This document shows positions 1 to 9,752 of a stretch of DNA of 64,000 bases, piece after piece. Position 1 is the first letter of the stretch, and each line of letters begins with the position of its first letter. A program made the position numbers and the translations under genes. Origin of the DNA: Thermodesulfobacteriota bacterium. Lineage in GTDB: Bacteria > Desulfobacterota > Desulfarculia > JACQYL01. The DNA is taken from assembly GCA_963675595.2 (NCBI GenBank), contig CAXXLZ010000001.1, positions 800,001 to 864,000 of the forward strand. The letters run 5' to 3'. The notes below the pieces were generated by a model. It made no database searches, was not told where the DNA came from, and saw only the letters and a program-made list of their open reading frames with translations.

Positions 1-1395
1 GACCGATCAATGGTTACGGAACGGCATGCACGCCGTCTCAGAGGAGAGATCGTTCCGGACAACTACGCTTTCCGGGTATTATCCAGTTCCCGGGATGTTC
101 GCTGGGTGACCATCAACGCGGTAGCCACGACATGGGAAGGGAAACCGGCGACCCTGAATTTCATCCGAGACATTACGGATCAAAAACAACTTGAATCGCA
201 ACTGCTGCAGGCCCGGAAGATGGAAGCAGTGGGGTCCCTGGCCGGCGGCATCGCGCATGACTTCAACAACATTTTGGCGGCCATGTTGGGTTATGCGGAG
301 TTGGCCTTCCAAGACGTGGCTCCGGAGAGCAGGGCGCGGAACGGTCTCACAGAGCTTCTCAAAGCCGGTGAGCGGGCGACATCCCTGGTCAGGCAGCTTC
401 TCACCTTCGGCCGAAGAACGGAATATGAGCGCAAGCCCATTCGGATCGGCGAACTCGTCCAGGAGGCCCTTGAACTTGTGGGGGCACTCATTCCTTCGAC
501 CATCCGGATCAAAGAAGAGCTTGACTTGGACGCGGGCATTGTTGAAGCCGATCCCACACAGATTCATCAAGTGATTGTCAATCTGTGCACGAACGCGGCT
601 CACGCTATGAAAGAGGATGGGGGCATTCTCACCGTGGCGGTGCGGAATGCGAGCGGGCTGCGGGATAAGGGCGCCGGGCCTCTCGCGGTGCAGCCGGGAG
701 ACTACGCCGAGGTTATGGTGGAGGATACGGGAAAGGGAATGCCTCCTGAAGTGATGGAACGGATTTTCGAGCCGTATTACAGCACCAAATCCGGGGGGGA
801 AGGCAGCGGATTGGGCTTGGCCGTGGTGCACGGTGTCGTGAAAAGCCACGGGGGTGGTATCGAGATTTCCAGTGAAGTGGGAAAAGGTACGAGAGTGAAC
901 GTGTACTTTCCATTGAGCAGACAGGTGGAAGAGGTTCAAACGGAGTCAAACTTGGAGCTTCCTCCCCCCCGCGGCGGTGCGGAACGGGTCCTTTACGTGG
1001 ACGATGAACCGGCCATTGCCGATGTGGGCAAGCAGATGTTGGAGCGGTTGGGTTACCACGTGACGGCGAAGACCCACAGCGGGGATGCGCTCCGGACCTT
1101 TGTGTCGGCGCCGGCGGACTTCGATCTGGTCATCACGGATATTACCATGCCGGGACTGACCGGGGAGAAGCTTGCCGAGGAAATCATGAGAGTTCGACCG
1201 GACATACCGGTCATTCTCTGCACCGGTTACAGTGAACGGGTTTCCGAGGAGTTCGCCGAGCGACTGGGCGTAAGAAGGCTGATGATGAAGCCTTTCACCA
1301 TTAAGGACCTCGGGCTCGCGATCGGGGAAGTGCTTGGAAAGGACGTGCCCGGACGCAAAGATAACCGTGTGAAGATGACTCCTACAAAGGAGTGA
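1..1395 (+). CDS. Hybrid sensor histidine kinase/response regulator (PAS-HisKA-HATPase-REC), probably 5'-truncated by the window edge
   Basis: H-box GGIAHDFNNIL, N-box NLCTNA, G-boxes DTGKG and GSGLGL, receiver domain YVDDE...DITMPG...KPF; frame is open from base 1. Confidence 0.93.
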   Translation, partial: DRSMVTERHARRLRGEIVPDNYAFRVLSSSRDVRWVTINAVATTWEGKPATLNFIRDITDQKQLESQLLQARKMEAVGSLAGGIAHDFNNILAAMLGYAELAFQDVAPESRARNGLTELLKAGERATSLVRQLLTFGRRTEYERKPIRIGELVQEALELVGALIPSTIRIKEELDLDAGIVEADPTQIHQVIVNLCTNAAHAMKEDGGILTVAVRNASGLRDKGAGPLAVQPGDYAEVMVEDTGKGMPPEVMERIFEPYYSTKSGGEGSGLGLAVVHGVVKSHGGGIEISSEVGKGTRVNVYFPLSRQVEEVQTESNLELPPPRGGAERVLYVDDEPAIADVGKQMLERLGYHVTAKTHSGDALRTFVSAPADFDLVITDITMPGLTGEKLAEEIMRVRPDIPVILCTGYSERVSEEFAERLGVRRLMMKPFTIKDLGLAIGEVLGKDVPGRKDNRVKMTPTKE

Positions 1396-1487
1396 TCCCG
1401 CTCGCATCGTTTTCGGCTTCGTGGTTGACGGAGTTTTTGTTTCATCCGCTCCGAACCGGTTCAGAAGGGCCCTTCCGGGCGCAGGGT

Positions 1488-2114
1488 TCAGCTGTGACGT
1501 TGCGCTCCGGCCGATTTGACGAATTGTTCGAGAACGGAATAGGAACGGGCCCCGACAAGGACCTTGCCTTCGGCGACGAAGGTCGGAACGGCCCGGATTC
1601 TCATGAGTCCGGATCGGTTCCAGTCCGCGTCCACCTTCATCCTGTATTTATCATCGGAGAGCGCTTTGGCTGCTTCGTTCTCGGACCTACCCAATGAGCG
1701 GACGATTTCCAGCAACACAGGTATCTTAGCGATATTCCGTCCGTGCACGAAATAGGCCCGAAAAACGGCCGAGTGGTAATCCTCCCCCCAACCTTGCTCC
1801 TCGGCCCATTTGCCCAGTTCGGAAGCTCTCCTGGTATTGAAGGTCATGGCTCTCTCGCCGAAGGGCAGGCCCGCTTCGTCGGCCGCCGATTTTAGTTTGG
1901 CGAGCATCTCGTTAATGTTCATGTCCCGTCCCTGAAAGAGCCGGGTCAAAGTCCAGCCTTCCTCGGGGATCTCGGGGTGAAGCGGGAAGGCCACCCATCG
2001 GACCGCCACGGAGTATTCATTCTTCAGCCGTTCAATACGCCCGGTACTGAAGTAACACCAAGGTCAGATGTAGTCGGAAAATACTTCCAAGGTTGTCGGA
2101 CTTTTCATCGTCAT
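1488..2114 (-). CDS. DsbA/FrnE-family oxidoreductase, selenoprotein (in-frame TGA at 2064-2066 read as Sec, UPWC motif)
   Basis: Reads MTMKSPTTLEVFSDYI-TGA-PWCYFSTGRIERLKNEYSVAVRWVAFPLHPE in the same frame as ORF 1488..2009; TGA sits at the first Cys of the FrnE CPWC motif; AVPTF cis-Pro motif; AAGG upstream of ATG 2114. Confidence 0.9.
2031..2063 (-). promoter_or_regulatory. Bacterial SECIS-like hairpin downstream of the Sec UGA
   Basis: mRNA UGA-CCUUGGUGUUAC-UUCAGUAC-(CGGGC)-GUAUUGAA: 8-bp stem with one G-U pair, 5-nt loop with G in second position, loop 20 nt after UGA. Confidence 0.8.
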
Positions 2115-2458
2115 GCCTTTGTGAGATGCTGAGGTCGTTTGCCGGCTAGTGAGCGGCCGAACGTCGGTCGTCGAGACGTATTCGGTCGGAATGCCTCCAT
2201 TGGCGATCGCCGTGCAAATCACGTCGGGCGGTTGGAACCCTTTCGACGTCTTCGGGAAACCGCCGCATGGACCGTGGCGAGCCCGATTCGCCGGTGCTTG
2301 AACAGGATAGTCCACGCTCTGAGAACATGGCAAGCGGACTAGCCTCGTCTCATTTCCGAAGGGCGAAATCGTCGGCGTCACGGATCGCCGAGAAGTCCCG
2401 GCGCGCCGGATTCCATCGAGGTCATAAGGCATAGGAGTCTTATTCGGAGGGGAGGGTT

Positions 2459-3601
2459 TTGAGAAAATACCATTGGATTCATACAAGCGAATTTCCTCCT
2501 TTAGACGGTTTGGAAAGTCTTGTGCTGTTCGGTGCGGGAAAAGGCTCCGAGGAAGCGCTGGACTATTTGTCCGTATTGGGTGAGCGGCATCGGGTGCGGG
2601 CCGTGGCGGATAACGATGCTTCCATGTGGGGCAGGGAGTTGTTGGGAGTTCCCATCGTCAGTCCCTCGAAGCTGAAGGAGTTTCGCGAAGTCGTAGTCAT
2701 TGTTACGTCGATATCGGGGAGAGATGATATATCCCGACAGCTCTGCCGTATGGGTTTAGTGGAGGGAGAGCATTTTTTCGCGGTGGGAAGGTATCCGGTG
2801 GACGTTGTCACTCAGCTTGAAGAGCTCTATCGGAGCCATCTGCAAACCTCCATGCTTTCTGAGGTCGGGAGCTTGGTTCAAGTGGGTTCCGGCGGGTTTC
2901 TCGGGCTCGAAGCCTGTCTGGCCGCTTTGTGGGCGGAACGGGTTGATGCGGTGGATGCCTATCGTTTCAATATCTCGTATCCGGACGTGACTCCTCAATT
3001 GGAGGAATTTGAGGATTGTCTGACGCTGCTCCGGAAGTTCATCGATCGTCATGATCTGGACGGTGAACGAGCGCTGCGTCGCTGGAATACATGTTTCGTA
3101 AAGAACGAAGGGAAAACGACTCTAAGACGAAGCAGGATCGGATTTCATCATCCTTTCCGCTTCTCCTCCCTTCCTTTTGCCGAAAATAGCGTGGACGCCG
3201 TAGTCTCCATGGCCGTTCTGGAACACGTGCGAAAGCCGAGAGAGGCGGTCTACGAGTCCAAACGAATCCTGAAGCCGGGTGGATGGGGATACCACAGGAT
3301 CGTCACCAGGGATCACGCGAGCTTCGGCAAGGTGAAGGGGTACACGCCTTTGTCCTTCAGGGTATATTCGCCCGAAGAATGGGACGACATCAGCTCGAGG
3401 AAGTTCAACCAGAATCGATTGGCTCCCTGGCAATGGGAACAACTGTTCAGGGAGGCGGGATTCGAGATTTCGAGTTACGAGGTGCTGGATCGTTACATTC
3501 CCTCGGAAGAAGAGCTTTCCGAATTCCACGACGAGTTCCGGCGCTGGCCCCGCGACCGGCAGGTGGAAGTGGATTGTGCTCTAGTGGTCCGAAAGCCCTG
3601 A
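2459..3601 (+). CDS. Class I SAM-dependent methyltransferase with N-terminal PglD_N/Rossmann-like domain
   Basis: N-terminal LFGAGKG...ADND...LLGVPIVSP; C-terminal LPFAENSVDAVVSMAVLEHV...RILKPGG; GGAGG before TTG. Confidence 0.75.
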   Translation: MRKYHWIHTSEFPPLDGLESLVLFGAGKGSEEALDYLSVLGERHRVRAVADNDASMWGRELLGVPIVSPSKLKEFREVVVIVTSISGRDDISRQLCRMGLVEGEHFFAVGRYPVDVVTQLEELYRSHLQTSMLSEVGSLVQVGSGGFLGLEACLAALWAERVDAVDAYRFNISYPDVTPQLEEFEDCLTLLRKFIDRHDLDGERALRRWNTCFVKNEGKTTLRRSRIGFHHPFRFSSLPFAENSVDAVVSMAVLEHVRKPREAVYESKRILKPGGWGYHRIVTRDHASFGKVKGYTPLSFRVYSPEEWDDISSRKFNQNRLAPWQWEQLFREAGFEISSYEVLDRYIPSEEELSEFHDEFRRWPRDRQVEVDCALVVRKP

Positions 3602-3629
3602 ACAACCGAACGTCCATTGCACGACGAAA

Positions 3630-5285
3630 TCACTCCGTATCGGCCGGTGCCTCTCGCTCCCAATAAGGCTGAATCAGGTCCTCGAAGATGCTCATGGCGG
3701 CCTCGGCGCCTTGCCCCGCGGCGGTCACAATTTGTTTGTATCCGCCTTCCACGTCCCCTGCGGTATAAATGCCGGGAAGAGAAGTACGGTGTTTCGCATC
3801 GCGTTGGACGTAACCTTCCGACGTGAGTTCGAGTCCGAGCTTCTTGGCTAGGGCGTTCTCGGGTTCGTAGCCGATTGCAACGAACACTCCGTCCACTTCC
3901 TTCACCGAAACTTCCTGTGTGGCGTTGTTGAAAAGCTCCACTTCGGTGACTCGGTTCTTGCCTCGAATTTCCCGTATCTCGGTATTGTAGAGTATGGGGA
4001 TGTCGTTGCCGGTCAGGTTGGCCGTCAGGTGTTCTTGAGCGCGCAGCCGATCCCTCCGATGAACCAATGTGACGTCGACCCCGATGTTCTTCAAGTGCAA
4101 AGCCTCGGTGGCGGCGCTGTTGCCTCCCCCCACGATAACAACTCTCTTGCCCTTGAAAAGGGGACCGTCGCAGGTACTGCAGTAGCTGACCCCTCGTCCT
4201 GAGAGTCGGTTCTCTCCTTTGGCGCCGAGCCGACGGTGATGAGCGCCCGTGGCCAACAGAACCATTTTGGTGAGGAAGCGACGCCGGTTGGAAAGAACTT
4301 CCATGGGGTGTCCCGGACGAATCTCCATCACTTCTTCCCCCTGGAAGATTTGGACGTATTCCAGAGCATGGCTCACCATAAAGTCGACCAGAGCTTTGCC
4401 TCCCACCTGATTGAATCCCAAATAATTTTCCACGACCGGTGTGGTGGCCACCTGCCCACCAAGAAGACCGCGCTCCAAAAGCACGGCGTTCAGCCCGGCC
4501 CTAACGGCATAAATCGCCGCGGTGAGGCCCGCGGGGCCGCCTCCAACGATCACCAAATCCGTTTCCACCAGATCCGCATCGCTTTCCGGAATGAAAAAAG
4601 TCTTTTCTTCGAGAGAGGTCAGGGAGGAAATGAAGAGTTCCTCAGGTTGTGCGCCCTGTGCGATGAGCACTCCGTCGGAGTGGGTCTGAGGGACACTCTG
4701 AGCGTCATATTCGTCCGCCAGATCCGGGTGTGCCTGAACATCCACAAGTTCCAGAGAGACCAGCTCCGGTTTTTCCACCACGGCCTTGATGGCGTTGACG
4801 GCCTGCTGAGGGCAGTACGGACAGGTTGGGCTGATAAAAACCTTCACGTTTCGTGGGGTGTCCAGTTTCTCGATCACCTTCATCGATTGTTCGCTCAGCT
4901 TACTTTTCCCCATACCCAGCAGCAAAAGAGCCTCAACGAAGGTACGGCCTTCCTCTCCTATGGGAGCGCCCATCCAACGAAAACCATACTGCTCCGGGTT
5001 GATGAGAAAAGTGGGGGAGAAGTCGACATTCCATTTCTCGGCGAGATCGTGATCCAGTGGGAATTCTTCCAGCGCTATCTTCGGAGACAGCTTGGCGAAA
5101 AGCCTCAGTACTTTTCGTGCGGCTTCGTTATAGCCCTCATTTTTGCCCGGAGCGGTGAACAGTGCAATGCGGACTTCACGGGGAAGTTGCTCCAAAATCT
5201 CACCGAGTTGATCACGAAGCTCCTTTTCTTGATGTGAATCATGCGTGTGATGCGCTTCGTGTTGATGTTCGGACCGGTCCGGCAT
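3630..5285 (-). CDS. Thioredoxin reductase fused to N-terminal thioredoxin-fold domains (AhpF/PDO-like)
   Basis: SPTCPYCP in the Trx fold; FAD motif GGGPAG; redox motif CSTC; NADPH motif GGGNSA; AGDV. Confidence 0.9.
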   Translation of the reverse strand: MPDRSEHQHEAHHTHDSHQEKELRDQLGEILEQLPREVRIALFTAPGKNEGYNEAARKVLRLFAKLSPKIALEEFPLDHDLAEKWNVDFSPTFLINPEQYGFRWMGAPIGEEGRTFVEALLLLGMGKSKLSEQSMKVIEKLDTPRNVKVFISPTCPYCPQQAVNAIKAVVEKPELVSLELVDVQAHPDLADEYDAQSVPQTHSDGVLIAQGAQPEELFISSLTSLEEKTFFIPESDADLVETDLVIVGGGPAGLTAAIYAVRAGLNAVLLERGLLGGQVATTPVVENYLGFNQVGGKALVDFMVSHALEYVQIFQGEEVMEIRPGHPMEVLSNRRRFLTKMVLLATGAHHRRLGAKGENRLSGRGVSYCSTCDGPLFKGKRVVIVGGGNSAATEALHLKNIGVDVTLVHRRDRLRAQEHLTANLTGNDIPILYNTEIREIRGKNRVTEVELFNNATQEVSVKEVDGVFVAIGYEPENALAKKLGLELTSEGYVQRDAKHRTSLPGIYTAGDVEGGYKQIVTAAGQGAEAAMSIFEDLIQPYWEREAPADTE

Positions 5286-5467
5286 GGCTGGGGCTCCTTT
5301 GTGTATGGAAAATCTACTCCAATGGGAATTATACCGGCTGGGTCCCGAGCGTCAAGGGACGCGCATCCATCAGGTATACCAAGGTGTGCGGAGGGCTCGG
5401 AAATCATTCGGGTGGAAGAGGCTTCCATTGGGTAGGAGTCCCTTCCACCAAATTTTCGAGGCTTCGG

Positions 5468-6571
5468 TTATTTTTTCAGCGAGTACTTTTCCGACACGAT
5501 ATCGTAGTAAGGCTTCTCAGAAACGGTGCCCCAAGTGCCAACCTGCTTCTTGAACTTCTCGAAGGCTTCGTTCACTTTGTTCGACATGGCGTCCTTGGCG
5601 GCTTCTTCCTTCAGAGTCTCATGGGCCAGCACCCGGAGCGCGTCGAGAACCTCGGCCGGAAACTGAACCAGTTCCACGTTGTGCTTGTAGATCAGCTCCT
5701 GGAGGGCGGCGCCGTTCTGAGCCTCGAACTCGGACAAACTCCAGAGGTTGGTTTCCATGGCCACCGCGTCGATGATTACCTGCAGGTCCTTAGGTAGGGA
5801 ATCGTAGACTTTCTTATTGAAGATGACCTCGAGCGTTGTGCCGGGTTCATGCCAGCCCGGGTAATAGTAGTATTTGGCCGCTTTGTAGAGACCCAAGCGC
5901 AGGTCGTGCATGGGGCCCACCCACTCCGTCGCGTCGATTACGCCTCTTTCCAAGGAGGTGAAGATTTCCGCCGCAGGGAGAAGCACCACCGTACCTCCCG
6001 CTTTGCTGACCACTTTTCCGCCTAGCCCCGGGATTCTCATCTTGAGGCCTTTGTAGTCGTCGATGGTCTCGATCTTCTTGTTGAACCAGCCGCCCATCTG
6101 GACGCCCGTATTACCTTGGGGTCTGGGAACCAAATTGAAAGGAGCGTAGACCTCTTCCCATAGTTGCAGTCCGCCGCCGCTGTAGAACCAGGTATTCTGG
6201 CCTTGGGGGTTGAAGCCGAAGGGTACGGCGGCAAACCATTGGGCCGCCGGGACCTTTCCCGCCCAGTAGTAGGAAGCTCCGCTGCCCACTTCCACCGTGC
6301 CGTCGGATACGGCGTCAAAAGTCCCCAAAGGCGGGACCAGTTCTCCGCCGGCAAAAACGTGGATTTTGATCCGTCCTTCCGTGGCTTCTTCCAAGCGCCG
6401 GGCGAATCGCTCGGCGCCTTCCTGCAACACGGGGAACTTCGGCGGCCATGTAGTCACCATCTTCCAGTTGTAGGTCTTCTTGGCCCATACGGCCGGTGCC
6501 GAAAGGGTCGTGCCTGCAGCGGCCGCCACCGAGCCTACCGCCGCTTTTTTCAGGAAATCTCGTCGTTCCAT
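5468..6571 (-). CDS. dctP: TRAP transporter substrate-binding protein (DctP/TakP-like), Tat-exported
   Basis: Tat signal MERRDFLKK after AAGGAGG; KMRIPG, LERGVIDATEW, YYYPGWHEP. Confidence 0.92.
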   Translation of the reverse strand: MERRDFLKKAAVGSVAAAAGTTLSAPAVWAKKTYNWKMVTTWPPKFPVLQEGAERFARRLEEATEGRIKIHVFAGGELVPPLGTFDAVSDGTVEVGSGASYYWAGKVPAAQWFAAVPFGFNPQGQNTWFYSGGGLQLWEEVYAPFNLVPRPQGNTGVQMGGWFNKKIETIDDYKGLKMRIPGLGGKVVSKAGGTVVLLPAAEIFTSLERGVIDATEWVGPMHDLRLGLYKAAKYYYYPGWHEPGTTLEVIFNKKVYDSLPKDLQVIIDAVAMETNLWSLSEFEAQNGAALQELIYKHNVELVQFPAEVLDALRVLAHETLKEEAAKDAMSNKVNEAFEKFKKQVGTWGTVSEKPYYDIVSEKYSLKK

Positions 6572-6696
6572 GGCAATTACCTCCTTCTTCTTGGTGGTGG
6601 AAAAAAAGAAGCAGCCGTTTCTTGCATCGAACGAGCCGGCTCGCATCCTGGAACCAATGGAAAACCGGGCACAAACAGAACTTCGGCCTCAAGTCG

Positions 6697-8022
6697 TCAA
6701 TTTCCGAAAACGACTCTTGGGAGCCATGTCGCCAAGGACGGATACAACACTACGATGAACAACCCGACCAATTGTACGAAGACGAAGGGGATGATTCCCC
6801 TGTAGATATCCCCGGTGGTGACTTCCGGAGGAGTGACCGCTTTCAAATAAAAGAGAGAGAATCCGAACGGAGGCGTCATGAAAGAGGTCTGGAGGTTTAC
6901 GGCAATGAGAATGCAGAACCAAAGGGGGTCGAAACCGAATTCGATCATGATGGGGGCGAGAACGGGCACGTGTATGAAGGTGATCTCAATGAAGTCCAGA
7001 AAGAAACCGATGATGAAGATCAGCCCCATGACAATGGCCAATACGGCCCACTTACTGTAGACGTCGGCGATTCCCCCCAAGAAGTCGCGCACCACGGTGT
7101 CCCCGCCGAGGCCTCGGAACACGAGTCCGAAGGCGGCGGCGCCCACAAGAATGATGAACACCATACAAGTCAGTCTTACCGTGGTAATCATGACTTCATT
7201 CAGTATCCGGAGATTGAAGCGACGGTTGGCGATGGTCAGAAGAGTGGCGCCCACCGCACCCACTGCGGCCGCCTCGGTGGGTGAAGCCAAGCCGGCGAAA
7301 ATGGAGCCGAGAACGGCAACCATCAGAAACAAAGGCGGCACGAGCGCCTTCGCGATCCTTCCAAAAAACTGCTTACGGCTGAGAGCCGCCAATTCCGCTC
7401 TTGGGATGGGGGGTGCGAGTTTGGGGCGAAACAGCGAAATCAGGAATATATAAAGAACGTAAAGCCCCACCAGAAGCATGCCCGGGAGAAAAGCGCCGAC
7501 GAATAAGTCCCCCACCGGCACGCCCACAATGTCTCCGATGAGCACCAGGACAATACTTGGAGGGATGATTTGTCCCAAGGTTCCCGAGGCGGACACGGTG
7601 CCTGTGGCCAACTCCTTCTGGTATCCCCTCCGGAGCATGGTGGGTACGGCCAGAAGCCCCATGGTGACCACGGTGGCGCCGACGATACCGGTTGAAGCTC
7701 CCAATAACGCTCCGACTACAACCACCGAAACGGCCAGACCACCTCTGATTCGGCCGAACAGAAGCCCCATGGTTTCGAGCAGGTCCTCGGCCAATCCCGA
7801 ACGTTCCAGCATCACTCCCATGAACACGAACAACGGAACGGCGGCCAAGGTGAAATTCGTCATCACCCCCCAGATTCGCAAGGGGAGGAGGTTAAAAAAG
7901 CCCCAGCCGAAACCGAAGAGCCCGAACGCCAAGGCCGTTCCCAGCAATGTGAAGGTCACCGGGAAACCGATCATCAGCAGCACGGTCAGCGCCAGGAACA
8001 TCCATGCAGGCAGGTATTCCAT
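6697..8022 (-). CDS. dctM: TRAP transporter large permease
   Basis: Polytopic; SGTLGQIIPPS, SPTEAAAVGA, TPPFG motifs. Confidence 0.93.
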   Translation of the reverse strand: MEYLPAWMFLALTVLLMIGFPVTFTLLGTALAFGLFGFGWGFFNLLPLRIWGVMTNFTLAAVPLFVFMGVMLERSGLAEDLLETMGLLFGRIRGGLAVSVVVVGALLGASTGIVGATVVTMGLLAVPTMLRRGYQKELATGTVSASGTLGQIIPPSIVLVLIGDIVGVPVGDLFVGAFLPGMLLVGLYVLYIFLISLFRPKLAPPIPRAELAALSRKQFFGRIAKALVPPLFLMVAVLGSIFAGLASPTEAAAVGAVGATLLTIANRRFNLRILNEVMITTVRLTCMVFIILVGAAAFGLVFRGLGGDTVVRDFLGGIADVYSKWAVLAIVMGLIFIIGFFLDFIEITFIHVPVLAPIMIEFGFDPLWFCILIAVNLQTSFMTPPFGFSLFYLKAVTPPEVTTGDIYRGIIPFVFVQLVGLFIVVLYPSLATWLPRVVFGN

Positions 8023-8555
8023 CAGGAAGGATCGTCCTTTCCCGGTTCATCTTTGCCCAAGATCGTCAACAGACTTTTGATGCCCAGGGAGATTCCCTGA
8101 AGAGTGATCAGAACGAAGCCCAAAGGAATAGCGGACTTAAGGACAAATCGGTAGGGGATGCCGCCGGGATCGGGAGAGCCTTCCATGACCGACCAAGAAG
8201 TGTGCACGAACTTAAATGAGGTGTCGATGACAAGAAAACAGCCCGGTAACAGAAACAGAAGAACGCCGAGAAAGTTAACCCAGGCCTTCGCTTTGGTTGT
8301 CATGCGTTGGTAAAAGATATCGACGCGGACGTGACCGTCGTAGAGCAGAGTATAGCCGGCTCCTACGAGGAAGACGAAAGCGAAGAGATGCCACTCGAGT
8401 TCCTGGGTGAATACGAAACTGATGCGGAAAGCGTAGCGCATGACCACATCGACAAAGACTACGAGAACGAGAAGAAGCGTCACCCACGCAACGCCTCTGC
8501 CGACCCATTCGTTCAACGTGTCAATCCACCGGCATAGTTTCAGAAGCAATCTCAT
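8022..8555 (-). CDS. dctQ: TRAP transporter small permease
   Basis: Four TM segments, HVRVD motif, coupled to dctM. Confidence 0.92.
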   Translation of the reverse strand: MRLLLKLCRWIDTLNEWVGRGVAWVTLLLVLVVFVDVVMRYAFRISFVFTQELEWHLFAFVFLVGAGYTLLYDGHVRVDIFYQRMTTKAKAWVNFLGVLLFLLPGCFLVIDTSFKFVHTSWSVMEGSPDPGGIPYRFVLKSAIPLGFVLITLQGISLGIKSLLTILGKDEPGKDDPS

Positions 8556-8803
8556 GCTCCAAAGCCAAGTGACGACTCTCCAGGAACAACGGCGACCAGC
8601 GACAATCTAATGGAATTCCCTTCGAGAAGCAACCCTGGAAAAACTTAAGGCCCTTTATTTAACGGTGTTGGCGGAGGCCGAAAATCCGTCATATTGAATC
8701 AAATTAGATTTTTTCATCGGTCAGGTTTTTTGAGCTCCATCCCTTAGATAATAATGAAGCCTCTCTTATGGAATTGCATCATTCCATCCGGAAGACGCAC
8801 ATC

Positions 8804-9748
8804 TCACATGAGACGAAGGAGGAAGCGAAACCAGTTCTCTCCGCAGATCATGCGAACCGCTTCCTCTGAATATCCCAGAAGGACAAGGGAGTGGGCCAAG
8901 TCCCGGAGTCTGCCGGGATGTTCCAAGCCGAGATTGATCGGATCAAATCCCCCGTAGTCCGAACCTACGGCCGCGCAACCGGGACCGTGCTTCTGAACCA
9001 GCCGGTCGATTTGATGTATCACCGTCTCCATATCGGCCAATCCGGTTTTCAGCAACATTTCGGGGTTTATCGTAATCCCGATAACGCCGTCGCGCCGCAC
9101 CAGCTCTTCCACTTGCCAGTCCGCCAGGTTTCTGGGGATGTTGGAGAAATGCCTGAACCCGGTGTGAGAGGAGCACAGCGGACCTTCGAACAGGTCGAGG
9201 AGGTCTCGGAAGCACGGGTCTGAAAGATGCGCCGTGTCGATTGCGAATCCCATTGAAGACAGGTCGCGTACGAGCCGTTTTCCGGCCGCGGTCAGCCCCG
9301 ATGGGGAAGGCACGCCGTTTCCGTCCCCCAGTCGATTGCCGCCGGCGTGGGTGAGTCCCACCAACCGAATCCCGAGTTCTTTGATCGTCTTGAGGTCGAG
9401 TTCAAGCAGGCCGTCGGCGTTTTCGATGAGGTGGAAGAAACCGGGCGGCCCGGGTTTCTCAAAACATTCTTTCAGTTCGCTTCCGGACCGAATCCAACGA
9501 AGCGAGCCGAGATATGTCTCGGCGTATTCCAGCAAAGTATGGATGAACGCCGACGACGTTTCAGGACCGTTGTTCGTGTCCGGACAGTAGAGCGCACTTC
9601 CGAGAACCTTGACGCCTCCCTCCGTCAACATCCGCAGTTGTACGCTTCCCCCGTCGCAAAGCTCCAATGGCCTTCCGGGACAGCGACGCATCATATCGTA
9701 GAGAAGGTCCACGTGTCCGTCGATGAATGGAAAGAGCGGCCCCGCCAT
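8804..9748 (-). CDS. Membrane dipeptidase (peptidase M19, amidohydrolase fold)
   Basis: DGHVD, GLTH, DTAHLS, SSHTG, PRNL, GSDYGG motifs. Confidence 0.88.
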   Translation of the reverse strand: MAGPLFPFIDGHVDLLYDMMRRCPGRPLELCDGGSVQLRMLTEGGVKVLGSALYCPDTNNGPETSSAFIHTLLEYAETYLGSLRWIRSGSELKECFEKPGPPGFFHLIENADGLLELDLKTIKELGIRLVGLTHAGGNRLGDGNGVPSPSGLTAAGKRLVRDLSSMGFAIDTAHLSDPCFRDLLDLFEGPLCSSHTGFRHFSNIPRNLADWQVEELVRRDGVIGITINPEMLLKTGLADMETVIHQIDRLVQKHGPGCAAVGSDYGGFDPINLGLEHPGRLRDLAHSLVLLGYSEEAVRMICGENWFRFLLRLM

Positions 9749-9752
9749 GAGA

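Noticed and set aside
2064-2486. 140-aa ORF ending ...EVFSDYI
   Set aside because: Only its last 16 codons are credible; they form the N-terminus of the Sec-DsbA gene
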